From Camelus ferus (taxonomy: Eukaryota): a stretch of DNA of 64,000 nt. A program made the position numbers and the translations under genes. The stretch spans positions 48,672,001-48,736,000 of the forward strand of contig NC_045697.1 of the NCBI RefSeq assembly GCF_009834535.1, in the 5' to 3' direction. Positions 27,290-39,959 of this stretch are shown in pieces (position 1 is the stretch's first letter; every line of letters starts with the position of its first letter). Below the pieces are notes generated by a model. That model had not been told where the DNA came from, made no database searches, and was given only the letters and a program-made list of their open reading frames with translations.

Positions 27290-27485
27290 TTGGGTACAGT
27301 CTTAATTTCTCCGTGTTTCAGTTTCCTCATTTATAAAATGGAGATAAAATGGGTTGCTATCTCAGAAGGTTCTTGTGAAGATTAAATGAGAATGTTTATA
27401 TAAAGAAATTAATACAATGCTTGACACAGAGAACATAAGCAACAGGTATCAATAGCAATTATAATTATTATTACTATTATTGTTG
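27290..27485 (+). mobile_element. MIR relic
   Basis: cagtttcctcatttataaaatggagataa...gtgaagattaaatgag. Confidence 0.8.
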
Positions 27486-27657
27486 GGCAAATAACTCTAG
27501 GGAGATCAGACCCACTCCTCTAAGGCTGAGCTGGACTGTCACTCTGGGGTCAGGATCTTTGGAAGGAGAAAGATCTCAGATAAGCAGTCCTAGACTTATC
27601 ACCCCCACAGAAGGAGTTCAGTTTTAAGTCTCTTTGGTGACATTACCAGGGACTTAC

Positions 27658-28170
27658 CTCTTGGCTTCACATCCTGGGAAGCTGACAATTTTCTGCATGG
27701 CCTTCTTCTTTACGCTGTTTTCCTGCATCAAGTTAGTATCTCGGGGAAACAAACCTTCCATCAGGTCCATAGTTGTCTTCATTCTGGAGTCTGGATCTAA
27801 AATGTCTGCCAGAGATTTGTCTTGGTGGACAATTTCCTTGGCCAGAGCCTCTGTTCTGATGTCTTCTGAGGTCTTTTGAGGACCAGAACTGACATTCTTT
27901 TCTAAACCCTGAGGCCCACTGACTGGGTCATGGACGAGGCGTTGCGTCTGGATGGGAGGTGGCTGCCCTGGGCTTGGCTGCTTGCTGAGAGACCCAGCAG
28001 GCTGAGGCAGAGCACCGGTGGCGGAGAGCGAGTTGGGCTCACTGGCCTCTGAACTCTTGATAGAAGTTTGGGATCTGGAAGCCAAAGCCAGTATCTGACT
28101 ATCAACCAAATGGGCTGCACCAGGCATGGGCCTTTCCTTGGCAACTGTCACCTTGGCAAGTTTGCTGGAG
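27658..28170 (-). CDS. SHROOM3: SHROOM3 exon 8 equivalent, 513 bp (516 bp with the proximal NAGNAG acceptor); start of ASD2
   Basis: Acceptor ctctagcag|C and donor AAGAG|gtaagt. Encodes SEDIRTEALAKEIVHQDKSLADILDPDSRMKTTMDLMEGLFP. Confidence 0.95.
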
Positions 28171-29217
28171 CTGCTAGAGATATTAAAAAAGAGATGGAAG
28201 AGGAGTCAGCAGAGGGGTGAAGGAAGCCAGGGAGACATCTGCACACAAGGCCTGCAGCTTCCTACAAGCGTCAGGAGCTTCTGGGTTGTTATTCCCGAGA
28301 AACTGCAGGGTTCAAAAGGACCTTCAACCAAGTCCACCGGTTGGTCACAGGGAGGTTGCGTGACTTTTTAAGGGGGATGGATCTAGTAGGAATTCAGTTT
28401 TGGTGGGTGTGGCTCTCAGAATCTAGAGCTTTCTGAAAGTGAACAGAGGGTAGTGGTGGTGTTTAGAGGAAGTTACCACAAAGGTGCTACCAGGCAATGT
28501 GTTTTTAGTGCTGTCCTGGGGAGTGTGTGTTGGGAAATGCTTCCTCCCCATTCCCCTGTCCAAGAAGAGGTCTTCTCTACACATGACTGACTGCTAGCCC
28601 TACTCTTTATTCCTTCCTATGGGCATGGAGTGACTCTGCAAAGAGAAGCTGACCACAGCCCATGCCTGGTCCAACCTCTTCTCTTTCTTTAAAAAGTGAG
28701 GCTGCCTCCAGGCTCCCTCCTGCATGCTCACACGTGTCCCCGCTCTGCATGTATGTGTGTCTAGCACAGCCTGTGATGAGGCAGGTAAACTTGCTTCATC
28801 ATTTCAGGGCTCAGTATCAGGAGGCCCGCTTACACTCATATTCTCCACTACCAGCTCTCTGGATAATGCAAGTGATATTCTTCTCTTCTCTTTTACTTTA
28901 TATCTTAACTGATTCAGAACTCAGGCAGGGAAGAGGAATGCTGTTTATTTGGACCCCTTGAACCTGCCACATCCAGAATGACCTTTATACCTCTTGGGTT
29001 CTGGCTTCCATTTTCACTACTCTCACCCTTGGCTGCCCAATGAGCACCAAGGTCAACAAGTGAACCGTTCTGCACGTTTCAGGAGCTGGGCTCCTCTAAA
29101 AATCCCCCACAGGGCTGTCCTGTGGCCGGCAGAAGCAGCTCCGTGAAGCCTGAAGCATGGAAACCTCTTACTGGTGAGGGAGATCCTTCTCCTCGGGGGC
29201 GTAGTCTGCAGTCTCAC

Positions 29218-30033
29218 CTGGCGTGGGGCTCACAGTAGCCCTCACTGTCCCACTGGGCCTGGAACATAGCTTGGGGAGGAGGCGGAGGGAAGTCGTCCAG
29301 GCTGTCGGCCGGGGCTTCGTCGCTGGGTCTGGGCGGAGGAGGCGGGGGTGGGAGAGGCGCTGGTTGGCAGGTGGGGCGCAGGTCCCTCACGAACACCTCG
29401 TCGTTGTCATAGTCCTCCGGAGGCAGCGGGGAGGCCAGCAACGCAGATTCAGATATCCGGAGGGAGACCCTACCCGGGGAGCTGGGGGCCCTGAGAGGCG
29501 TGTCTGGGTCGGAAGTGCTGCTGGGGCTCGGGAGGTCCTGCGGCTTCGTGCGGGGCTTCAGATCGGCGCAGGCGGGCGCCGCGGGCTCCCCGGGGAGGCT
29601 GTCCTCTCTGTCCTCTCTGACCGCGTGGGCCCGCGTCAGCCAGGGCGGTGAGGCCCGCTTCCCTGCTCCCGCTTCCCGCCCGCGCTCCGGGCTGCTGGGC
29701 CCGCTGCTTCTGGGGGTCCCTGCTGGGGTGCTGGGTGGCGGAGGCTGCTGCCCGTCACTGCCAGTGCTCAAGGGGCCAGGAGCAGGCGGGGCTGAGCCGA
29801 GCGGGCTCAGGGGCGCAGCCTGGGGGTCTGGGAGATGCCCCTGCGCTCCACTGGGCAGCGGCTGGGGGCAAGGCGTTCGGCCAGCAGGCCTCGGAGGGTC
29901 CGGAGCTCCAGGACCCTCGCTGGCCACGGAAGCACTGCCACCTGCTTTGCAGCCTGAACTCCCCCAACGAGGGCTGGGATGGTGTCTGAGCGATGGCATC
30001 TCTTCAAGGCCTCTTTCGAAACAGCTGAATGAC
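29218..30033 (-). CDS. SHROOM3: SHROOM3 exon 7 equivalent, 816 bp; proline-rich, with DDFPPPPP EVH1-ligand-type motif (29274-29297)
   Basis: Acceptor tcctgctccag|G and donor GCCAG|gtgaga. Lies within ORF 29214..30092 (STSDPDTP, GRVSLRISES, DEVFVRD, poly-Pro). Length divisible by 3. Confidence 0.95.
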
Positions 30034-31822
30034 CTGGAGCAGGATACAGACAGGAGGGTTAGCTTTGAAGACAGGGCAAACACTGAGCCCAACGTGCATT
30101 ACACAGATGGGAAAAACATTTGATGGGGAGAAGGGCCCCCAGGGGGCTGCAAAGCCTTCCCCTGGCTGCTTATACAAAGAACCAACTTTAAATGAAATCC
30201 CAGGTAGGCATACACCTTACAGGAAAATGTCACAAGCCATTTCCTTTTAACTACCCTCCCTCATTGTCCCTCCCTCACCCAGGGTGGCTTTTGAGGACAG
30301 GCTTCAGGATATGAAAGGAAACGAGCAGGTACATTTCTTCAGCTCCTTTTAGACTAGTTTGGGAACCAGCTCCTGACTCTGGGGAAGAGTGTCACCTCAC
30401 CCTCATCCTCTCTGGGTCTGAGCCCCACGGGGGAGGTCTGTTTGGAAAACATTTGCATGGGCTGCTGAATCTAAAGGTGTCATTTACAACTTTCTCTTAG
30501 TCTCCCAGTGTTTTCCACTTCTTAAAATAGAAAGTTAAAAGAAAAGGAGAGTCACATCTAAGGAGCTAATAAGCAACTACCTCTGGAGAAAGAGCCCGAC
30601 AATAATGAGCAAATAGGGTGCATGTTGATTTAAACAGCTGTCCTCCAGGCACCAAGGAAAACCCAACAACATCCAACACTTTTGTTATTGTGTTCAGAAG
30701 AAAAAAAGAACAAAACAAACACATCTATAGCACTTCCTGCCATGCACCAGTTAATGTGAGGATAAAAAAAAAAATCTCCAGCTATCCACCATAATTTGCA
30801 AATCCCACATTTGTAGCTCCCAACTAGCATGCAAGTGAATCTGGAGAGCAGATGGCACATTTCATTTTATAGACCCGAGTCCCAAAGGAGCTATGGCTCA
30901 GTCCCAAGTAAGAGCCCAGGCACAGGCCTGCCACCAAATTGTCTAAGTGCCGGATGGGGGGGTAACGCGGCACCCAGAAGGAAGAGACCCCAAAGAACCA
31001 AACTGGCTCCTCTTGCGCCCTTACTTTGTCTTTATTATAAACGCAGATGGCTGAGTAAGAGGCCCTTTTCCCTCTCAGATGCAAACCCTCCCCTCCCATC
31101 ACAGACCCTTTTTATTTAGAGGCAGTTTCTTCATCGGGAACCTCCCAATACCCAAGACTGGCTATTCTGTACTTCCTGGTGGTTCTCAGATGGGTCCACT
31201 AGAACCCCAGGGGCAGGAGGCTCACCGCGGGTGCTCTTTACTCCTGTGTCTTGTTCTTTCAGTATCCCCAGCACCTGGCGCAATGTACCCTCTCAGTAAA
31301 AGTCTGCTGAAGAAACGATGTCTGTCCTGCCCAACTGCTGTTTAGACTATAGGCCGTGAACTATTTTTAAACTTAGCATTCTCTAATAGGACACAGAACA
31401 ACTGGAATCTGATGTCTTAAGGACGAATTCAGGTACCTTCATTTTATTTTATTATATTTATATCTTGAGGCTTTTTAAAAAGGGGAGACATCACTAAAAC
31501 ACACAATAAAATAATATTTATCCTCTAAAAATCCAGCCCAAATAAACCTTGATAGGATGTTTTTAGTTTATGTTTAATCATCTTAGTTTACAGGAACTAT
31601 ACTTAAACTATCAATTTTTAAAGGTAATATTTGAGTTAAATGCTTGATTTGGTTGAGTATACTTCTTCCTGGTGATTGTTTTCCAAGAATAAAGAATAGA
31701 GTCAAAAAGCTTTTGTTTCAGTCTCTATAAAAGAGTGTGAGAGGCAAACATCGGTTGATAGTATCCAGGAATCTTAATATTCAAGAATGAAGTGATTAGT
31801 CTCATTTTTTCCCTTCATAGCA

Positions 31823-32768
31823 TTTTTAAAAAGTGGTTAAAAAACCCCACATAACATTTACTGCTTTAAGAGTTTTAAATGTTCAGTTTAGTAGTGTTAA
31901 AGCACCTCCACATTGCTGCAAAACAGATCTCCAAAACTTTTCCATCTTGCAAATCTGAAATTCTATACCTTTAAGCGACGACTCTTCTGTCTCCCCCTGG
32001 CCCTTATGATCACTATTCTACTTTCTATGAATTTGACTCCTTTAGATAGCTCCTGTAAGTGGAATCATAAAGTATTTGTGACTGGCTTATTTCACTTAGC
32101 ACAATGTTCTCAAGGCTCATCCCTTTTGTAGCATGTGAGAGTATTTCCTTCCCTTTAAAGTTTGAATAATATTCCACTGCATGCATACGTCACATTTGGT
32201 TTATCTTATTCATCCACAGGTGGACATCTGGGTTGCTTCCACTTGTTTGCTATTGTGAATAGTGCTGCTATGAACATGGGTATGAAAATATCTCTTCAAG
32301 ACACTGCTTTCCATTCTTTTGGATTTATACTCAGAAGTGGGATTGTTGAGTCATATGATAGATTTTAATTTTTTGAGGAATCTCCATACATTTTCCCATA
32401 GCAGTTTTTTTTGGGGGGGGGTAATTAGGTTCATTCATTTATTTATTTTTAAAGGAGGTACTGGGGACTGAACCCAGGACCTTGTGCATGCTAGGCACGT
32501 ACTCTACCACTTGAGCTGTATCTTCCTCCTTCCCATAGCAGTTGTACCATTTAACAACAAGGGTTCCAGTTTCACCACATCCTCACTAGCACTTTTCTTT
32601 TTCTTTTTTTGCACTTTTATATTTTTTTGATAGTAGCCACCCTAATGAGTGTGGTTTGGATCTGTACTTCTCTGATCATTAGTGATGTGCCTGGTGGCCA
32701 TTTGGAGAAATGTCTATTCAAGTCCTTTTTGTAATTGAGCTATTTGATTCTTTTTGTGGTTGAGTTTA
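31823..32768 (-). mobile_element. L1MA/MB 3' fragment interrupted by a SINE
   Basis: gtgactggcttatttcacttagcacaatgtt...ggttgcttccac...gctattgtgaatagtgctgctatgaacatggg...ggagaaatgtctattcaagtcc. Confidence 0.88.
32407..32529 (-). mobile_element. tRNA-derived SINE (camelid Vic-1-like) with 14-bp TSD
   Basis: Reverse complement reads ...agctcaagtggtagag...gcatgcacaaggtcctgggttcagtccccagtacctcc. TSD ttcccatagcagtt at 32393-32406 and 32530-32543. Confidence 0.9.
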
Positions 32769-33848
32769 GTTTCACCTTAGCCTTCAGACTAATTCTCTTT
32801 TGGCAGAGTTCTTGTTCACTGTTAGTCTTCCCTTGTCTGTAGCTTTTAATTAGTGCACCCACACCAAAGTCCTCAGCCTCACCTTGACTACTTTCTTCAC
32901 TACAGGCACACCTACAGGAGCAAGAGCACATAACTACAGAAGGCTGCTCTTGGCAGTGAAGGAGGTAACTTAACACCAACTTCCTGATCATGCTGGTAGT
33001 ATTAGGTTGAGTTATCGAGAAGGTGAATACAGAAAAAGAGAGAAACAATGATTGAATGAAATACTATAAAAATTAAGTAACTGGCTTGAAAAAACATGGG
33101 GGGTAGTAGAGAGGGTTTAAATGTACTGCATTAGCAATAACAGAGTACAGTGGTAGTGCCTAAATGCTGCATTAAAACTACATACAGGCACGTGGTTCAG
33201 GGGGAACTCTATTTGAACTCTATTTGGAAATTTCTACTTATTAGGCTACAAATGAACAGTTCAAAAATTCAAATCCTAAAAACTTGTCCATTAAATTTTT
33301 CTACCAAAGGGAAATTATTTTGATGGCAATTTAAAAAAAAAAAAAAAAGATTTTCCTGCTATTTTCCATCTAAGTGCCTAAATTTTTGATTTTGGGGCTT
33401 TGTTTTTTTACTCCAAGTGCTTCCTGCACATTTGTCTTGCTCTGTGAAGCTGTTCGTGAAATGCTCATTCTTCCCCTAGTGCTTTGTTCTGCAGACCCGA
33501 TCCTCCGGCACAGAGTGGAAGGGATCAGCCACACAAGGAGGCCCTGTGTGTGAGAGCTGGAGGATGTACCTGAGAAGAGCACAACCACAACGATTCTGAG
33601 GCTCAGCTTACAAGAAGTCAACCACTGCCTCAACAGAGCACGTTCAAAACCTATTATGTATAGTATTCTTAGAGAAAGGCATGTATAAGTAAAAAATGAA
33701 GTTCCCCATGGCCAAGACAAACTGAAAAGGCAGCACATGACACTAGGAAACATCGTAACATCACGTTTCAGTTTCTGGTAGAGAGGAACAGAAACATTTA
33801 ACTCCAGCAGCATTCATAAGGTAGAGGGCATCATAAACACATACGTAC

Positions 33849-33922
33849 CTGGGTCCTGGCTCAGGCAAATAACATGGATCCTTCACACGACCAAAGCCAC
33901 TGCTGTCCCCCAAAAGCACATC
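33849..33922 (-). CDS. SHROOM3: SHROOM3 exon 6 equivalent, 74 bp (DVLLGDSSGFGRVKDPCYLPEPGP)
   Basis: Acceptor ttcttgtgttttaag|G and donor CCAG|gtacgt. Peptide resembles human DVLLGQDSGFGLVKDPCYL. Phase 0 in, 2 out, which links exons 5 and 7. Confidence 0.93.
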
Positions 33923-36149
33923 CTTAAAACACAAGAAAGGCAAAGTGTTATTACCAACTAACAGGTGTTTAAATTCACACGTGGGTGGAGGTAGAAAGGA
34001 GAAGGAGCATTTACTGGACGTCTACTACTTATTGTCAGGCACCATGGTGGCGCTTTTACATACTAACCCATTCCACCCTCAAAGCTCCAGGAAGTACTGT
34101 TAACCCCACTGCACCAATGAGGACACAGGCCCAAAGAGGTTAACTTTCCCAAGGTCACAAGTTGTAGAACCTCAGCGTATCTCACCAGGTGCCTCTCCAA
34201 ACAAAGGCATTTTCTAAGCAAGAGGCATCTGATGACAATTATCTCCAGAGTTCAAAACAACTGCTAAACTTGAAATATAATGTTAAAAAAAAATTCAAAG
34301 GGCCAAGCTGTTGAAACAGCAATAAGGAGATATGAAAGATGACAGGAAAAGGACAGTTTATTGAATTTAGCAAAAATCTCAAGAATTAGATATGAATCTG
34401 GCTTGTAATCAGGTTGAAATATATTCTCTCTGGGAAAAACATCTCACCCACATGTAATATCAGAGACTCTGGGGACACTTCAAGGGTAGTCATTATTTGT
34501 TTGTTTTTGTTTTTAATAAGGGTATGTATTGGTTTCCTGAGAGGGTTGTAGGTCAGTTTTTCATCATGTAAAATTCACTTCATTTGATGAGGCCCCTCCC
34601 GGATGAAGACAATGATGTTGCTACTGATACAACTCTCACTTACTTATGATAATAGGAGACAGACAGAAAACAGAAAAATTAAATCTGTATATAATCCCTA
34701 AACTTAATTTCAGCAATTTATTTCACCACTTCCTCTGTCTAAAGGGCTAATTGCTTTCACCCCCTTTCTCTCTATTTCCCTCCTAGTCAGTGGTAGAGGT
34801 ACTAATAAACAAACAAAAAGAGCCAAAGGTGGGAGTAGGCTCGGAGAAGAAACAACCCCGAATGCCATTAGTGACTGCCACTGTCCCTCACTGGGCACCT
34901 ACTGTGTGCCAGACACTGCCACGTTCCTTACGCTCCTCAGATTGTGTGCCTGGAGCTGCGTTAGGCGCCTGACATTTCTCCTGTAATTTAATCCATAACA
35001 GTGGGGAGAGGGGAGGTAACTGCAGCTCAGAGAGGGTAAGTATCTCACCCACAGTTAAATGAGTAAGTGGAGGAGCTAGGATTCAAACCATCATGTCCTC
35101 AAAGCCTCAGATCAATCTTTGGAATCTTAAGTTGGATGCTGGCTGAGCTGGATGTAATCAGATGTCTGTGCTTTGAGAAAAGGGAATTCCATGTGTTTCT
35201 GATTTGCTCAAATATCACCAGAGGGAATGGGACTTCCCACTCTCCACGAAACCTTATGGGCCTTTTAGAGTCTTTCCCCGCTCCACCTACTCTGTTGACA
35301 TGAATGTTCAGCTTTGCCAGTAATTAACTGAAACAGCCTCTCGATCCCCTTAAAGCTCCTAACCTAGTAATGTTTAAATATATATTTCCATTCTATTATT
35401 TCCTTTGAATTACAGTATGAGCTTAATATTTATGTGAGTATGCATAAAATAAAGGAAGTTAGACCCAATAATAGGCCATTAAGGGAATCTCCCATCAAAG
35501 GAAATACCATTTGGACAAAGGAAAATGCCGTTCCAACCTAGTAAAAAGCCCTAGGGGGATATATTCCAGTTGCACGTATTCACTTTGACTGGGCACATAT
35601 GTACTGTCAAAGAAGACTTGATTTTCTGCAAACTGGCAAGAAGTATAAACTATTATGGCAATTCAGGAAAAAGCAGCAGCTATGGGAGACACACCACTTA
35701 TAGAGCTATAGAACAGACACTTGTTAAGCATGTATTTGTCTCTGTTAATTTGTTAAGTGTTTTGTTTTTGTCTCTAACTTCTGACGACTGACTTAAAAAT
35801 ACACCAGTTCTTATTCTTCATTAGGCACAGTATACTTAAAACTATGAACCTAAGTCCTACTGAATCCCACTTCTCACTCTTGCTTTGGGTACTGAGTTAG
35901 ATATCCTAACGTCTCTGTGACCAATGAAATATGAAGACAATAGTCATCTACTTTGGAATATCAGTTTCAAGTATCTGCTACAATGAATATAGAAATTAAT
36001 TTTTAAAAATCTTAAAATGTTATTTAAATGTAAATCAACAGCAATTGATAAATGTTAAAATGAAATCAATTCATTGGCTGGAGTTTTCGGATGTAAGATG
36101 TTGAACTCCCACCTCCCTTCCCCCATCCCCAGTCTTTTTGAATTCCAGG

Positions 36150-36375
36150 ATGCAGCATGGTAGAGTGACTTAAAACCTCTAGAGTCAGACAGGACCGGGT
36201 CAAAACCTTGCTCCCACTACCTCGGGCAAATTTCTCACCCTTTCTGTGCCTCAGTTCTCTCATCTATAATATAGGGAAAACAATACTATCTCCTCCTTTG
36301 CACAGATGTAGGGTTAATTTTATGCTTATAAAACACAGTACGATGACTGGCACAGAGTACACATTTGACTATTAG
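36150..36375 (+). mobile_element. MIR relic
   Basis: gcagcatggtagagtg...ctctagagtcagaca...ctgtgcctcagttctctcatctataat. Confidence 0.8.
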
Positions 36376-36679
36376 TAGCTATTTGTAACTTTGCCTCTTG
36401 TGGAAAGTTGATTCTGTTATTTATCCCCAGGCTTCAATGGGTGCTAAAAATGATTACAAGCTGCATCTTACAGAATCAAGCCTACATCCAACATTGTGGA
36501 GTTTCATGCATTGAGCAATTTCCTCAGCAATTAAATGTTTGTCACATCATCACATGGTGAATGTGTTACATACCAGAAATGAAGGTCTCTGAAAATATAA
36601 TGAGAACCAGAGGAGACTCTAACTCAGCATCTGGGGTGGGGGAAATACTCTACCAGGAAGCATTTCCAAAAGGTTTCTT

Positions 36680-36796
36680 GGGGCTAGGGTATAGCTCAAG
36701 TGGTAGAGCGCATGCTTAGCATGCACAAGGTCCTAGGACCTTCTCTAAATAAATAAATGAATAAACCTAATTACCTCCCCCCTCAAAAAGAAAAAA
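36680..36796 (+). mobile_element. tRNA-derived SINE (Vic-1-like), B-box deleted, 12-bp TSD
   Basis: gggtatagctcaagtggtagagcgcatgcttagcatgcacaaggtcct...aataaacctaattacc followed by an A tail. TSD aaaaggtttctt at 36668-36679 and 36797-36808. Confidence 0.9.
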
Positions 36797-38130
36797 AAAA
36801 GGTTTCTTTTTATAGCCTCTGCTATATTTTATCATTTTAACTATTTATTTATTTATTTATTTTGCTATATTTTAGATCTATGCAATGAATAGGTGTTTAA
36901 GTTTCTACCTCCAAGGCAGAAATGTTTGGATTTTTTTTTTCCATGCAGCTTTGCAGGGCTCATCTGTTTTAAAAAGGTTCAGTTTTCCAAAGTCTCTTAC
37001 TAGGAAATAGCCAGGAATTTGATGTGCCCTTTAGCTCCATCACTAATATCCACTTGTTCTGCAATTACATCTTTCAAATTAAGAGAAACTGAAGGAGCAG
37101 TAAGGGAGGCTGCTTGCTCAGAGAGGATCACAGCTGGCTACAGAGAGCCCAGGCCTGCTGAGTGTGTGAGCAGGTCTCAGGCTTCAAATGGTGGCAGCCT
37201 TCTGCAGTTGTCATTTCAGGCCCAAGAATGAAGAATTTTTATAAACAGAGAAGTTGATGTCTATGCTGACCTTGTTTTGGAAGCAGACACTATCCTCACT
37301 AATGGACTTTTGAAAAGGAGCTGAATCCTTGTCAAAAGCTGGTAAAATCCTGCTCTATTAGCATCTGGTTGGCAGGAGCAAGCAGCATTTGTTCCAGATG
37401 CTGTGGACTGAGCCAGCACCAGAAACAGACTCCACATTTTGGGTTTAACTCAGGCAGATGGTGTAGTTTCTACAGGGTCACTTAATTTCTTGGAGTTCTC
37501 TAAAGCTGGGATGAGAAAAATTCTTATTTAATAGCTTCACCAAAGCTTAACGATAATGGTATTTGTTCAAATTAAAAAAAAAAAAGAATATCTTGAAATA
37601 ATAACCACAATAATTATGTGGAGACTAGTTTAAATCTTGTTTTTAACTAGTTCTATAACTAAGGTAGATAATGGATGTATGAAGATGTGAGGGCCAGACC
37701 TTGCCAGGGACCAGCTCTCAGGGCAGCAAGGTGTGGTTGCTGAGCGCAGAAGTGAAGGAGGAAGCCCAAGGACAGAGCTGCGATCGGGGGATGATAACCT
37801 GTTTTCAGAAGTGGTAGGAGCAAAGCAGCACAGATAAAGTATTTCACTTTGAAATATTTCCCCCGTTTGGCGTAAGGGGGAATAAACAACAGATGCTTTG
37901 GTTTTCACCCAAACATTTCTATTTTCTTTAGAATACAGGAAAAGAAATGAAGAAAATGTTTGTTTCGTTAGGCAGTAAGCTTCTGAGGCCCATCTAGCTG
38001 AGATGGCATGTTATGTACATGGATTTTAAAGGCGTTTTAGGGGTAGGATGAGGACTGGAAATTAGCTATGTTCTTCATTCTGAGGGGAGAAAAAAATAGC
38101 TATTGGACACCTATCGAGGATGGCCTCTCT

Positions 38131-38131
<1 letters not shown>

Positions 38132-38169
<38 letters not shown>

Positions 38170-38172
38170 TGT
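38132..38172. repeat. (TG)n microsatellite
   Basis: About 17 uninterrupted GT units. Confidence 0.95.
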
Positions 38173-39416
38173 ATTTATACGGGGGAGAAAGTACTTCTGA
38201 ATAGAAAATACTTGGCAGGGAGCACTATTTTCTCCCAGAAGGCTGTGTGTATGTGTGTTTCAGAAGCAGGGAAGCAAACATATTTCTCAGGCAGCAATGG
38301 GTGAATCTTCATCTGAAGCTGTTTCCTCCAACTCAATGCCTCCCACACTCAACTCCCAATCCTTTGCCAATATCCTGCCCATCCTTTACAGCCTGGGTCA
38401 AATCCTATCTCCTTCATGAGATGCTCTCTCAGATTCCCTCAGAGTTAATCACTGTCCCTCCCATAACATGTTATGTATGACCACTCCCAGAGCATTCACC
38501 ATTCATGTCATTTATATATAAGTTCATGTTTCTTGTTCAGTTCAGTGAACCCCAGAAAGGCATAAGACTTATTTTGTGTTTCCTTCAACCCTGTAATACA
38601 GTCCTTTTCATAAAGCATATTCTTTACAAATGGTTGCTGAATGATTAAGTTCTCTGCTGGGGAAAACAGAATCTGAGACGGCACAAAGGAAGGAGGGGTG
38701 TTCTCCCATGTGCTAACATATATGTGAATTCCTAGTACCTTCTCACCTGGGAAGGGAACCACGCACGGGGCAGGCCACTGATCTGCAGTGCAAGTACAGC
38801 CTGAGGATGGGCCAAGAATAAGGGAAATTAATAGACACCTGGGAGTCAGTGTGCTGGGGTTTTTCCCTAGCTCTGCCTAAAATTTTCAGTGGAAAGCACT
38901 TCATGATCTTTGCACGGTTCGGGAGACTTTCTTAGAAAATCCTTTTCTGTGACGATGTAAAAGTCTGAGAGTCTCCTATCTTGCCAAGATAATGCACAGA
39001 AAGAGCTCAGATGAAAGTTAGAGAGACATGGATTTGATGTTGATAAAATATTCTACTACACAGAATTAATGTGAGGATTAATGATACAGTAAATGTAAAA
39101 GCATACTTAGTTGAGGGTCTGGAACTCAATAACCAAGGATTAGCAAAGTCAATAACTACCTATTTTGTAAATGCTGAAGTCCAACAGAAACAAAGAAGGT
39201 ACAAAGCTAAAATCTTTAAAATACTGAGGCAGCCTCTATTCATGAATTTAAAAATAGACCAAAAAAAAAAAAAAAAAAAAGCCTCCAAAAAAGGGAATCC
39301 CTAACTTTTCCTAACCCAATTCTTGCACTGAGAGGTGGGTGACACTAAAATGAAGTTATTACATACCCTATATAATATTATATACTATATATGTGTATGT
39401 GTGTATATATTATATC

Positions 39417-39693
39417 CAGTCTTCTCTTGGAATCCCCAGGGTATTGTTTCCAGGACCTCCAGGGACGGACACCAAAATCTGTCTGATGCTTATTATATAA
39501 AATGGCATAGTATTAGCATATAATCTACACACATTCTTCTGTATGTTTTAAATCATCTCTAGATTACTTACAATGCATATACTATGGATACTGTTGCCAG
39601 CGTGCTGGCAAATTCAAGTTTTGCTTTTTGGAACTTTCTGAAATTTTTCTGAATACTTTCCATTCCAGTGCAGAACCGATATAGGGCCTACTG
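39417..39693. mobile_element. MER2/MER2B-like (Tigger family) DNA transposon
   Basis: cagtc...ttccaggacc...accaaaatct...ttatataaaatggcatagta...aaatcatctctagattactta...ggcaaattcaagttttgctttttggaac...actg. Confidence 0.75.
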
Positions 39694-39959
39694 TGTGTGT
39701 CTGTAGATACACGTATCTAGATATCAATATGTATATCTACATACAATATATGTATTTGCATAAAATTTCTATACAGCCATATGTATCTCTGTAAGGATCT
39801 CAACAGACAGGGGCACTGAGAAAGACGTGTCACCTCATGAAAACAAATGCTATTCTCCTGCAAGTAAAAGGAAAATAAAGTGGGGAGAAGGGTTCGAGAA
39901 GCTGCACTACAGCTTCCGGGACGGAAGAGGCAGCCCTAGGACCCACTGGCTGCACATAC

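Noticed and set aside
29223..30123. Plus-strand ORFs (142, 207, 113 aa) over exon 7
   Set aside because: Antisense shadows of a GC-rich SHROOM3 exon.
36685..36735. tRNA-like sequence (tagctcaagtggtagagcg) as a tRNA gene
   Set aside because: It is a SINE head with an A-rich tail and TSDs, and the T-arm/B-box is missing.
39936..39959. C-terminus VCAASGS* of the 1051-aa ORF, suggesting a single-exon gene
   Set aside because: Read-through past the CAG|gtatgt donor; the spliced frame continues into exon 6.
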